A program made the translations under genes and the position numbers. The notes below the pieces were generated by a model. It searched no databases. It was not told where the DNA came from and saw nothing but the letters and a program-made list of their open reading frames with translations. This document shows, piece by piece, positions 10,627-21,280 of a stretch of DNA of 64,000 nucleotides. The stretch is from positions 1,426,001 through 1,490,000 of the forward strand of contig OZ025786.1 of NCBI GenBank assembly GCA_964019425.1, written 5' to 3'. Positions within the stretch are counted from its first letter, which is position 1. Every line of letters begins with the position of its first letter. This DNA is from Flectonema sp. DT1601 (Eukaryota).

Positions 10627-11236
10627 ATTCTATTTAGTCCATGTAGTCACCTTTTGTGTGTTCTATTTGTTGTATTGTTGTCTGTAGTCAGGTCATCTGT
10701 ATCTGTCAGAATTGCGCCTTGCCTTATAGTTTTTTTTGCCAGTCTTGCCATTGTACCTTATAGCTTTCACAGATTTTCTTTGTTGTTTGTTTCCTGACCT
10801 GGTTACTCTTTTTCGGAGTCTTGCCCGGATAGTAATAAACTTTTTGTACAGATATCTGGTGAGTTGCTTTTTTTCATTTCAGAAATTAGTTTTTGCAGGA
10901 CAAAAATTGTTTGTCTTGTGATACACCTTCTGGGATGAGGAATCGATTTGAAGTTTACTTGTTGTTTTCAAATCGGAGTCTCGTCTCAGACAAAACAATA
11001 AACTTCTCGATTCTCTCTTTTAGTTCAGAAAACTATTTTAGTGAATACCATCTAAGCCTGTGGCATGGTTCTTACGCACCTCTCTTTTACTCATACTCTT
11101 TCTCTACCTCTTCATCCAGGTATTTTATTTTTATATTCGTCTTCTATTCTGTTGCTTGTGCTTTTTCCCTTTTTCCCATTTTTTTTTTTTTTTTTGCGGT
11201 TTCATGTATTTAGCAACGTTAATTGCTATTTTAGTA

Positions 11237-11267
<31 letters not shown>

Positions 11268-11363
11268 GTATGAAATAAATAATGTTGGGCAGTCCAATGT
11301 AGTCCCTTCTGGCTCTCATAGTCTGGTCGGGTTATATAGTTTTGTGCAGCCAAACTAAATTTT

Positions 11364-11402
<39 letters not shown>

Positions 11403-11727
11403 ATTTTCTTATGTACCATTATTTTGGGGAAACACCTTTTCAGGTGCACCTGTTCTACACACATTACCCGACGAGAGCCATTTAGTTTTTTTTTTTTTCA
11501 TTGCTGCCTCTGGTGCATTTCAATTACGCTTTTTCTGCGTTTTCCAGTGGTAGCAGTTTTAATTAATTTAATACTTTAGTTTTGCTTTACTATAATTGAC
11601 ATAAATCCAGGTAATAAAAAATATTGTTGTTTATGCAACAAGAGTTAGTAGTAGTTCGTTTATTAGTATTTTGAAGTAGGCCTCCCCCCCCTCCTCCATC
11701 AGAAAAAAAGGTAATGAAAAACCACTA

Positions 11728-12465
11728 ATGCTTCCCACTCCACCCCATCGTAAACGACTTGATAGCAATGGTGGTTTACGGTTAGTGGAAGGCATCGATC
11801 TCAGACCAATAAAAGAATCACTTGGAAGACGTGGCAGGTACGGACGAGTTGGTATCTGTGGAGGCAAAGCACCAAAAAGAGTTAAAATAAGCTGCAGAGG
11901 CTGGAGACCTCCAGTAGGACTATGTGGTGAAGACTGTATACTTCCTACAGTAAGAAAAATGATATTTGATAAAAACACATACGAAGAATCGTTAGTATCA
12001 TTACCTGTGGTAACTAAACAAGTACCTAACCCTGTACTAAGTGACAGTGATGAAGAAAGTCACGTTACGAATTTGTCTAAAAACACGTCGTTCGTCTCTG
12101 CCACATGTCGCAAACAATGGACAGTTGCCAAAGACATATCGGGTAATGTTGTATATGTTTTACACAAGAAGAAAAAACGAAACAAGGAGGGTAAAAATAA
12201 AAAAAAATATCCACCTCCGCCAAAACCCCTCACACCACCATCAACTGAAGTAACCAGTATAGCACCATTTCCACTACGGGAGGCAGGTCCTCAACTTCCA
12301 CGTTCTTATCCCAGAACAGCTGGCTATCTCTTTCATGGTAAATTGTTTACGTATGATCCGGTACCCCCTCCTGTTTGTAAATCTAAGAGACAACGTAGTC
12401 AGAGATTGTTGTCAATTTCTGATGATATCCATATTAAGTCTTCACATTGTTCAGAACTCAATTGA
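11728..12465 (+). CDS. Hypothetical basic, Pro-rich protein
   Basis: 245-aa ORF with coding-like composition and no recognised domain. Confidence 0.65.
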   Translation: MLPTPPHRKRLDSNGGLRLVEGIDLRPIKESLGRRGRYGRVGICGGKAPKRVKISCRGWRPPVGLCGEDCILPTVRKMIFDKNTYEESLVSLPVVTKQVPNPVLSDSDEESHVTNLSKNTSFVSATCRKQWTVAKDISGNVVYVLHKKKKRNKEGKNKKKYPPPPKPLTPPSTEVTSIAPFPLREAGPQLPRSYPRTAGYLFHGKLFTYDPVPPPVCKSKRQRSQRLLSISDDIHIKSSHCSELN

Positions 12466-12571
12466 GAATATTATTATTCTTTTACAAGAATAGGTGTTGA
12501 AGTTTCTTTGTTAGTCGTCGAGTATAATTATTAATCTTTAAAACAGTTTTTTTTTATTTAATAAATAAAGT

Positions 12572-13175
12572 ATGAGTAGCTACTTGAGCAAGGCTGCCAA
12601 CTGTGGATTTTCTGGAATGTTGAAACCGGAGGAGGATGTTGATGAAAATAGCGCTACACGCAAACGGTTGGCAGACGTGACAATTGCACGGCAGCGTTTG
12701 AGAGAAGAGAAGCGTCAAAAGCTGCAGCAGCTATCTGACAGTGACATACAGGACGAGTTACTGTATTGGAAAGTAAAAGAACAGGAAAAACGCGATCAAG
12801 CATGGAAAGACGAAGTCAGACAACGAGAACGAAATCACATACAACTCGAAATGAGACAGCAACTCGATGAAGAAATAAAATCACACGACGCACTCAATCG
12901 CCACATGATCGACGTTCTATCTAAAACAGTATGTTGTTGATGGGGTTAGTACTTATTATGTTAATTATATTTATTGAGGAAATAATATCAAAAAAAGAAA
13001 AAAACAGTACGGTGAATCCTTTCTGTGGGCTTCTCACAAATCCACATACGACGCTAACGGTGAGAGTAAATTCTCACGTCATCGACTAAATGATGAATTC
13101 AATACCAATCTTGGACTCATACCTGGTCCGGTAACTCCATCAGAGCAGAGGCGTCAGCTTCGACCTGACCTCTAA
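12572..13175 (+). CDS. Hypothetical coiled-coil protein, 2 exons (12572-12928, 13008-13175)
   Basis: Donor GTATGT at 12929 and acceptor aaaaaaacAG at 13007. Exon 2 continues in frame: YGESFLWASHKSTYD...RRQLRPDL*. Confidence 0.75.
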
Positions 13176-13473
13176 CATTCTCAACTTTTTATATTTATCT
13201 TCTTGTTCTGTTCTCTCTTCGTTCTGTTCTTTTCTAAGATCCAATCCGAAGACGACGTTCTAAAGATTAAAATATTATTTACACTTTTTTTTTTGGATGA
13301 TATTTATTATTGAGAACCTTTCAACACGTCGAATCTGATAAATCACATTTCAGAGATTCTTCATTACTGTGACACGTGTTGTTTGTGTTGAGTCAGTTTG
13401 TCATTTATGATTGTCATGTCTGTTTTGTTAATACTTTTTCAGTTATTGTCAACCCAAACAGAGGACAGACAGT

Positions 13474-15000
13474 ATGAGTGTGCTCGTTGTAACATTGTGG
13501 GCGGTGCTTTCATCATCGTGTCTTATAAGTGACTTGGTTCTGAGTATTGAGTCTGTTGAGAAAACGTATCGAGCAGTGTCGGGACGTGACATCTTTCATG
13601 ACGGAGAGATTACATTCAACTGTGATGGGGAAGACTTCAGTAAGCCAACAGTAATTGATGATTCTACTTGTTCGTTCAGTTCTATATATTGGATGAGACA
13701 CAGATCTACTCGAGTTCATTGCACTAATGGGGTCTGGCACTGGACTCGAGAATATCAAATTCCTGTGGATTCTGGTATTCTTGAGTTGCTGTTCTGCAAC
13801 TTGAGCGACATCGATTTCAAATTAGAGACATCTAAAAACGTGGTAATAAACCTTACTGGTAGTGAAGCTGCTGCTGATTATGGAGTTCTCCCAACTGGTT
13901 GGAATGTAAATATGACTCCAGCGGAATACCTCCCTTCAGGGATGTCACTAGAATTCACGTCTGATACATTTGAGAGAACTTTAGTGAGGTGTTTGACTAG
14001 AACGTGGACTTATTACCATTCGTGTGGTGATTTTTGTTCTGTGGGTTCATCAATGAGTGTGTGGTGGTTGACTCCAATAATATTAGAAAAGACTTCTCCA
14101 TGTCTGTTCGCTAACGTGTCAGTTGATGTTTTACTTCCCGAAGGAAAAATTCGAACCTATACAGGAGCAGACATGCGTCAATTCCCATTATTATTACAAG
14201 TGACGGGTGCACAACCGGAACGGTGTGACTACATGAACCCTACAGGTTGGTTAGATACCTACACCTCGTGTTACTTCTCACTGGAAGGCTACACATCTGA
14301 GAAACTCGAATGTCCCGTGAGGGGAAAATGGCATTTTCGAACATATAATCAATCGTTAAAGTATCCTTTGTTATATCCGCAAGGTGGTTCGGTACTTAAT
14401 CTCCAATTATGTTCATCTGCGGGTATACAAATTACTATTATCAGTGGAAGTGAATCACAAAGCTTTACTGGGCTGACCTCTTCTGTGATTCCAGTTGATT
14501 GTGATTCCCATCTGTCGAGTTGTTTGTTGGGAAATATTAAACTGACCTGCAATGGATCGCAATGGAAACCCGCTGAACACTTTACGTTCTACTACACCAC
14601 AGTAAGAATCGATTGGAACTCATTGCCTCGGATAGATGAAGCAAGTCAGCTGTTGTCTGACAAGATGTATAGTTTAGCAGCTATAAAACATGTGATTGAC
14701 TGCGAGGACTGTCTGATTAGTAAATATACGATCTTTGAAACTTACACTTCAACATCATACCATTCAAACGATGAATTGATTGCTGGTGTTGAGAGTATTT
14801 TTAGAAAAGAGTTTCCCTCAGATTTCAGAGCTGTTCGTATTTTCAATAGCATCGGCGATGCTGATGCTCCTGTGACTACTACAAAGGTGACTTTGGATGT
14901 TGTTAGGTTACCTGTCTACGAGTCGTCTAATAAAGCTGACTATTCTGTTATAGTTGAAACTATCTCCGTGGTGATGGTTTTTGTTGTTCTCTCTGCCTAG
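13474..15000 (+). CDS. Secreted or surface Cys-rich protein with signal peptide and C-terminal hydrophobic anchor
   Basis: N-terminus MSVLVVTLWAVLSSSC, many Cys/Trp residues, C-terminus SVIVETISVVMVFVVLSA. Confidence 0.75.
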   Translation: MSVLVVTLWAVLSSSCLISDLVLSIESVEKTYRAVSGRDIFHDGEITFNCDGEDFSKPTVIDDSTCSFSSIYWMRHRSTRVHCTNGVWHWTREYQIPVDSGILELLFCNLSDIDFKLETSKNVVINLTGSEAAADYGVLPTGWNVNMTPAEYLPSGMSLEFTSDTFERTLVRCLTRTWTYYHSCGDFCSVGSSMSVWWLTPIILEKTSPCLFANVSVDVLLPEGKIRTYTGADMRQFPLLLQVTGAQPERCDYMNPTGWLDTYTSCYFSLEGYTSEKLECPVRGKWHFRTYNQSLKYPLLYPQGGSVLNLQLCSSAGIQITIISGSESQSFTGLTSSVIPVDCDSHLSSCLLGNIKLTCNGSQWKPAEHFTFYYTTVRIDWNSLPRIDEASQLLSDKMYSLAAIKHVIDCEDCLISKYTIFETYTSTSYHSNDELIAGVESIFRKEFPSDFRAVRIFNSIGDADAPVTTTKVTLDVVRLPVYESSNKADYSVIVETISVVMVFVVLSA

Positions 15001-16548
15001 TGATCTCGTGCTCTCTTTTTTCTTTTTTTTTTCTTTTTGGGAAAACCTCTAATTCCACGCACGTGTTACTGAAATGTCCGATCTCAACATAGTAGTTTCC
15101 GAAATGGACAGCTACTATTTTTTTATATAACTTACTGTTAGTGTATTTCGGGGATTTTTTTTTCCTCCCAAAATTTTTTTTCCCACTCAAGGTAAGGCAT
15201 CCGACGAGATGAGTGAAGAAGACCGAACCTGTGTGACCTGGGGCTAGGCCTGACCTCACTGAGCCACCCAGTACTGTCCTTTCGGAGTTTCTGTGAAAGT
15301 AGCCCACGGAACACTTTTCTAAAGATTCAATCAGCCGAACTACTCCGCTACTGACTTTCAGTTGATTAGCGAGCTACTAGTATATATTATTATGTCACCT
15401 GTTGAAAAGGGGAGTACTAAGAGGTAGATTCACGCTGTGCATATTAGTTGTAACTACGGTACCTGCCTTACCTTGAATTATTCCTTTCCTGCTTGAGAAC
15501 CAACCCATCTCAGCCATCCCGTTGCATTTTGGGAACGGAGAAATTCTTTTTCTTCTTCTTATCGAACAGCGAAAAAGAAATCACTTTCAGCGAATGGCGA
15601 AAAGAAAAACCTTTTTCGTTTATTGAACAGCGAAAATGAAATTATTGAACCCTACCATAGATTTTACGCGAAAAAAAAAAAGAAGTTGTTCACTAACAAA
15701 AAGTTCGGAGATTTTCTTTTCCCTTGCTGAATTTTTTTTTTTTTTTTTTTTGCTGTCCATTTCGGAAACTTTTATGTTGAGATCGGACATTTTAATAACA
15801 TTTTTCACGGAAGAGGTTTTCCCTTTTTTTTTTTTTTTTTTTTGAAAATTGTTTTTTTATTTTTATATTTAGGGCTTTTTTTATTCGCTTTTTTTATTTA
15901 TTTATTGGTTGTTTATTCGGTTTCCTTTTGTATATAAATAAAAAGGGGTTTTTTCTGATTTCTGTCTCGTAAACTAATCTTTTGAGGGGATTTCTTTTTT
16001 TCCAACAAAATGTTTTTTTTTGATTTTAACGACGGTTATTATTATTTCCTTCGCGGCATGGATTACGCACTTACTCAAGGCCGGCTTTTGAATAACCGAA
16101 CCTCGGCCGACTGGTGTTATTTTCTTTTTAAACATTTACAATCTTGCCTATATTTTTTTAATTTTAAGTTATAATCGTAAACTGACCTTTATCTTATTTG
16201 ATCCTTTTTGTTTTCATTTTCTTGCTGAGTGCATTCAGAGCTTAGGACTCGTAGTCGCTAGTTTTGCATTTTACTAAGCAAACCAATGAAGGCCTAAGAG
16301 GGACAAGTACTCCAAGATTAAGGCTGCTGAAAGTAACGTATTCCACGGTGTTTTATGGAACAGCAGAAACAATGTGTTTATAACTTTTCTTTTTTTATTT
16401 TTTTATTTTTTTAAAAAAAATATAATTTGATTTGGTGCAATTTTTTTTTTATAATTTGAACTCGACTTGCGTACCGTGTTTTTGGATTGTTGTGTTCTTA
16501 TTATTATTATTGTTTTTGTTTTGTTTTTTAAAAAAAACAAGGGATGAA

Positions 16549-17955
16549 ATGAATGTGTCTGTAGCTCTGAACAACGAGTGTCATTCTCTGCGGATTTCAC
16601 CATCGGATACCTTGAGTGACATCGAGCAAACCGTTTCAAATTTACTAGGAATTCATTATTTTATATTGAAATACGAGGGAATCGAACTTGACGATAGTGA
16701 AATTCGATGTCTGGTTGATGGATCGGAACTGGAAGTTGAATTCAGTGCAAAAATCAAAGCAGAACAGGAATTGAAGCGATTAGGCATCGAATTGGAATTA
16801 TGGGAACAATACATTACCGAAGTAGACCTACTCGAGATGTTTATAGCCGTCGGGATACATGTTAATACCATCCTTTGTCTTCTTATTGACGATCAAACAT
16901 TATCAATACAGCTACTACAACCACTACTTCGTAGCGGATGTGATATTAATATTACATCATCAGGAATTCAAGGCACAGCTTTAACACACGCTGCTTGCTT
17001 ACCGGATCTCAATCTTATTAATTTTCTTATAAAAGAAGGAGCTGACATTGATAAACAAGCTGCCTTTGGTATGTTATCACAAACACATTTCCGTAATTCG
17101 TATTTTTACTTTAAAAAATAAACAGATCAGACTTCTTTAATGATGGCTATAAGAGAACATCACCTGTCGTCAGTTTCGCTTCTATTGGAGTTAGGAGCCT
17201 CTCTTGACATTACGGATAGAGATGGTATGGGATTGAGTTTGAAAGGAATTTCAGTTTTATTTTCTCATGAAAATTTAAAAAAAAAAAAAAAAAAAGAATC
17301 AGTTAACTTTTTACTTACCCACTCACACTTTTGTTGTTTGTGTGTAACCAGATACAAAATCCTAATAAAGGAACAATGGGTTTTGTAGGTACAAGAAAAA
17401 AACAATTCAGGTGACACTCCGCTTATAGCATCTGCTGATAACTTAATTTTAGCTCGTCTAATATTATTTCCGAGCCTCCACTTGATAAACAGAAGAAATT
17501 CATTGGGATGCACTGCCTTATACAGAGCTACCAGCACCCAAACAGAAGAAGTTGCAGAAATGTTATTGAGAGAGGGAGCATTGCCTAATATAAACGATGA
17601 GTACTGTTTTTTTTTTTTTTTTTTTTTTTTTTTCACAGTCTCTGTTTTCTTTTTCTATTTTCTTGTACTATCTGGGACCACACCACAGGTATATCTCCTC
17701 TCTACCTGGCTGCTGAAACTGGTCATTATAATATTGTCAGATTACTGCTGGAGTTCGGTGCGGATACCAATTGCGAAACGATATATGGTATGTGTGAAAT
17801 TATTTCATTTGATCACCTTCTTCTTTTTTTTTTTTTTTTGGTATTTGTTCCATTTGTTTGAAAACACCACGCCAGGGGAAACTCCATTGAGAATAGCCAC
17901 TAAGAAGGGCCATGTGAACATAACGCGAGTTTTAAGAGACTTCAATGTCGATTAG
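16549..17955 (+). CDS. Ubiquitin-like domain plus ankyrin-repeat protein, 5 exons (16549-17068, 17126-17224, 17411-17605, 17689-17787, 17876-17955)
   Basis: Spliced product gives GTALTHAA...GADID, DQTSLMMAI...GASLD, GDTPLIAS, GCTALYRA...GALPN, ISPLYLAAETGHYNIVRLLLEFGADTN and GETPLRIATKKGH. The third donor (GTTTTT at 17606) is weak and inferred from frame. Confidence 0.75.
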
Positions 17956-18074
17956 CACTGCACTGCAGTAGTGATTTGAGACTGAATTCCCATGCTTGTT
18001 ACTCACAGACATGTTCTGCTTATATAGAGATCGAATAATCTACTTTCCATCATTCCCCCTTCAGTTGGCATATT

Positions 18075-19952
18075 ATGAAATATGTGGGCCTACAGCCGTT
18101 ATCAGTATTTCTGGTTGTATGGATCGGCTGTGTTTATGGTATTGAAGTGAGGTTTACGATGGGAAATCACAACAAGGCTGACTCTCCTGAAGACTTCCAT
18201 GTTGAGGTACTTCACATCTCAGGGAGGAAAGATGTGATTGGTAATTTATCAAAGCCTGACCGTAACGTTCCTATTGATAACACATACACATATCAATACA
18301 GTGAAGATAGTATAGTTAGCATACGTGTGAAACCTATTGAGAACTGGCCAGGTGTGAATGATGTCAGGAGTGACGGTGATGGTGCACAAGTTAAATCAGC
18401 TTCAGTAAAAGTAAATGGAATCTACAGTCAGTATAATGGTGGAGCACAATGGGTTGATTACTATGCGTCAGGTCCCGATAAAGAAGCCGTTTATTATCGT
18501 CCGATAAATGCGACTCTGACACCGACTGCTGTACCGACAGCTGTTCCGACAGCTGTGCCGACAGCCGTTCCGACAGCCGTTCCAACAGCTGTTCCAACTT
18601 TGATGCCAATGAGCACCAGTACTCCAACAACAGGTGAGATAACTACAGGTGTTCCTCACGTTCTTATCTCATCTCGTACTATAACATTGTTGGATAGAAG
18701 TGATGACTTCACTGCTGTGATTACTCGTCTTCCTGATACTGAAGTTCCCTCAACAACCACACCAACTACTCAACCAACTGAGGCACCAACACCCACGCCT
18801 ACATTCAAACCTGTAGTACCGTCATCTGTAGGGAATGCAGCTGCTGCAGGAGCAGTTCTCAGTTCTGGTGGTGCTGTAGCTGGTCACGCTATGAGACTTC
18901 TTTTAATTAGTGGTGACTGTCAGATTGGTGGTGGTGAAGACCGAGTAATTGTGAAGAGTTTTCACTTCACGGGGATCACGATCAACGACTCTCAAGCTCT
19001 TGGAGCGATAGCTGTGAATATTATGATTTTAGTAACGGTAACCGCGTTGCTGAAAATAGTTTCGAACCTTTTATCGAAATGCTTTCCTCGAAGTAAAGGA
19101 ATATACAACGCCAATGACCCTGATGGGTTTCTGAGATTCCCATCAGCTCCGTTAATTGTATTTCAATGGATGTATCAAAGTAATACTTTGTGTGGGTTCC
19201 TTTTATTATTCTACAGCGATACTGTTATTGGTTCTGTTGTTGGATTCTTGTGTGTTTCAGGGTGTGCGATAATTCCTGGGTACTTAGCTGTGATTTTAAA
19301 GAAATCTGTTCCTTGTGAAGGATTCTATGTTGAGGATCCTAATAAGAGAAATATTCTTCAGATGTCATTACTTGGATCAGGTGAATGGGTTAGTAAGTAT
19401 CGAGACAACCATTGGGTTCAGAAATACTCCTCAGTTGTTAGATCTCTTCGGCAGGATTCACTGTCAGCAACTTCGATTGAAATGTATGCTGGTTTCTTTT
19501 TATCACTCGCCTCTTCATTAGAAACAAGAGATAAATATCAGTGCGGATATATTAGAATATGTCAAGGAATTATAATTTTGTCGGTAATGTGTTTTTATGG
19601 TCTAATGAGACCACATTGCAAGGCTCGTGATTGTGTGATGTCATTCGTAATTTGTGGATGTCAGTCAACAGCTCTCGTCTTTTTGGGAATATCGTTCTAT
19701 CAAAACAGTGGCAGTGCTCTTGTTTCTGTTTCTGAGATGTTGCTGGAAATTGTTTCAGTGTTGTTGTTTGTTCAGGTTGCGTTGGATTTGGGTTGTGAAA
19801 TTTACGTTTTTTTTTCACGTCGACGAGAACACATTCAAACAATAGTTTGGAGTTTCATCGATCACAGCGTCGTCCACAACGATAATGAAGTCACCCTTGA
19901 TTACTGTATTAGTCGTCATTCTAAATACCTCTCTTCACAATGCTTTGTATAA
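18075..19952 (+). CDS. Surface membrane protein: signal peptide, beta-rich head, short PTAV mucin-like stalk, multi-pass TM domain (paralog 1)
   Basis: 625 aa. Hydrophobic N-terminus, (PTAV)x6, and about 7-8 hydrophobic segments in the C-terminal half. Confidence 0.85.
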   Translation: MKYVGLQPLSVFLVVWIGCVYGIEVRFTMGNHNKADSPEDFHVEVLHISGRKDVIGNLSKPDRNVPIDNTYTYQYSEDSIVSIRVKPIENWPGVNDVRSDGDGAQVKSASVKVNGIYSQYNGGAQWVDYYASGPDKEAVYYRPINATLTPTAVPTAVPTAVPTAVPTAVPTAVPTLMPMSTSTPTTGEITTGVPHVLISSRTITLLDRSDDFTAVITRLPDTEVPSTTTPTTQPTEAPTPTPTFKPVVPSSVGNAAAAGAVLSSGGAVAGHAMRLLLISGDCQIGGGEDRVIVKSFHFTGITINDSQALGAIAVNIMILVTVTALLKIVSNLLSKCFPRSKGIYNANDPDGFLRFPSAPLIVFQWMYQSNTLCGFLLLFYSDTVIGSVVGFLCVSGCAIIPGYLAVILKKSVPCEGFYVEDPNKRNILQMSLLGSGEWVSKYRDNHWVQKYSSVVRSLRQDSLSATSIEMYAGFFLSLASSLETRDKYQCGYIRICQGIIILSVMCFYGLMRPHCKARDCVMSFVICGCQSTALVFLGISFYQNSGSALVSVSEMLLEIVSVLLFVQVALDLGCEIYVFFSRRREHIQTIVWSFIDHSVVHNDNEVTLDYCISRHSKYLSSQCFV

Positions 19953-20680
19953 GAAAGTTGACTTCCTTCCTTTCTTTTTTTTGATATCTCATTCATGAAA
20001 TTCACTGTTTGTGTTTGGTAAAGAAGTAGAGTTTACTGTGGACGGAGCTCAGTTTTACTGACAGAGAGTGTAGCATACTTTTATACTTTTTATTTCAAGT
20101 TTTTTTTTTTTTTTTTTTTTTGTTGTAATCACTGATGAGTGTTGTTGTAAAAAAGTGGTGATTTTGAACTGTTTATACGGCGTGGGATGTCTACGCTGGC
20201 AGAGCAATTAGTTCTCACCTCCCATTTGTCTTTTTTTTTAAAAAGAAAGAAATCTCGTCGGCTTATTAAAACTGTCACACAAAGACACTAAATTGGCTGA
20301 CAATTATGATTTTAGTCGCATAGCTCCTTAGTACGGGAGCTATACTTCTCACTTTTTATACTTCTCACTTTTTTTTTTTTTTTTAAAATCCTCTTTTTTT
20401 TTTCTATTCCAATCAAAATAACGTTAATCTTTTTATAACGTTACTGATACTCCGAACTCGTTTAGATGAAGTAACTGTTCAACTGTTTCGGATATGTTAT
20501 TGACACCCTTGTTATCAAGTAACCTCCGTAAGGACGTTTCATAATTATGTTTATTTTAAATTTTTTAATTTTTAAAAAAAAATATTTTGTCGCCTCTCTT
20601 TTCGAATTCTAAATTCTTATCACTTCAGATAGGAATATCGGCGTAATTACATGCTGAATGTTGAGTGCTTTTTTTTTTTT

Positions 20681-20860
20681 GCATTTAACAAGTATTGTAA
20701 GAGCGAAAAAGAATGTTGGAGGCAGCACACACGTAAAGCTCCTTTAGCTTTATCAGTTTAAGTCGGTTCACGGGTTTCGTGACACAAACAAAACAAAAAA
20801 CATCAACAAGTGTTATATTTACTATTTTTCTGTATAGTTTTAAGATAAAAACCAATTCTT
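20681..20860 (+). repeat. Interspersed repeat family B, full-length copy between T-tracts
   Basis: (t)n-gcatttaacaagtattgtaag...taagataaaaaccaattc-(t)n. Confidence 0.9.
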
Positions 20861-21280
20861 TTTTTTTCTCTAAATTTGGTTGTCACAAATACGGATTTTT
20901 GTAATCATTTTTTTCCTTTCACAAGAAACCTGTCTTATAGGGAGATGAGTGACTATAAGAAATATCGGGGGGCTTTCTTAAATATGAAATAGTTTCATTT
21001 CCGACGATGTCGGTACAAAGAAAAAAAAAAAAAAGATTTATGTTTTGTTCTGGTTATTTATCGTTTCGACTACACTAACGCAAGTATTCAGTTTTGTTTA
21101 TTTTCTGAGAATCTTGCGGGGGGGTTTCCTCTCTTTTCTATTGGCAACGTAAATGAGTGATTGTTTCTTCTCTGTTGCTGTTTTTTTTATATAGAATACA
21201 TCTACGCGGCGCAAACCCTTTTTTACAATGTCACAAATTAATAATCTACTTTCCATCATTCCCCCTTCAGTTGGCATATT

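Noticed and set aside
20700..20790. Ribozyme in repeat family B (minus-strand cgaaac...ctgataa)
   Set aside because: The core reads CUGAUAA, not CUGANGA, and no stem I or stem III pairing was found.
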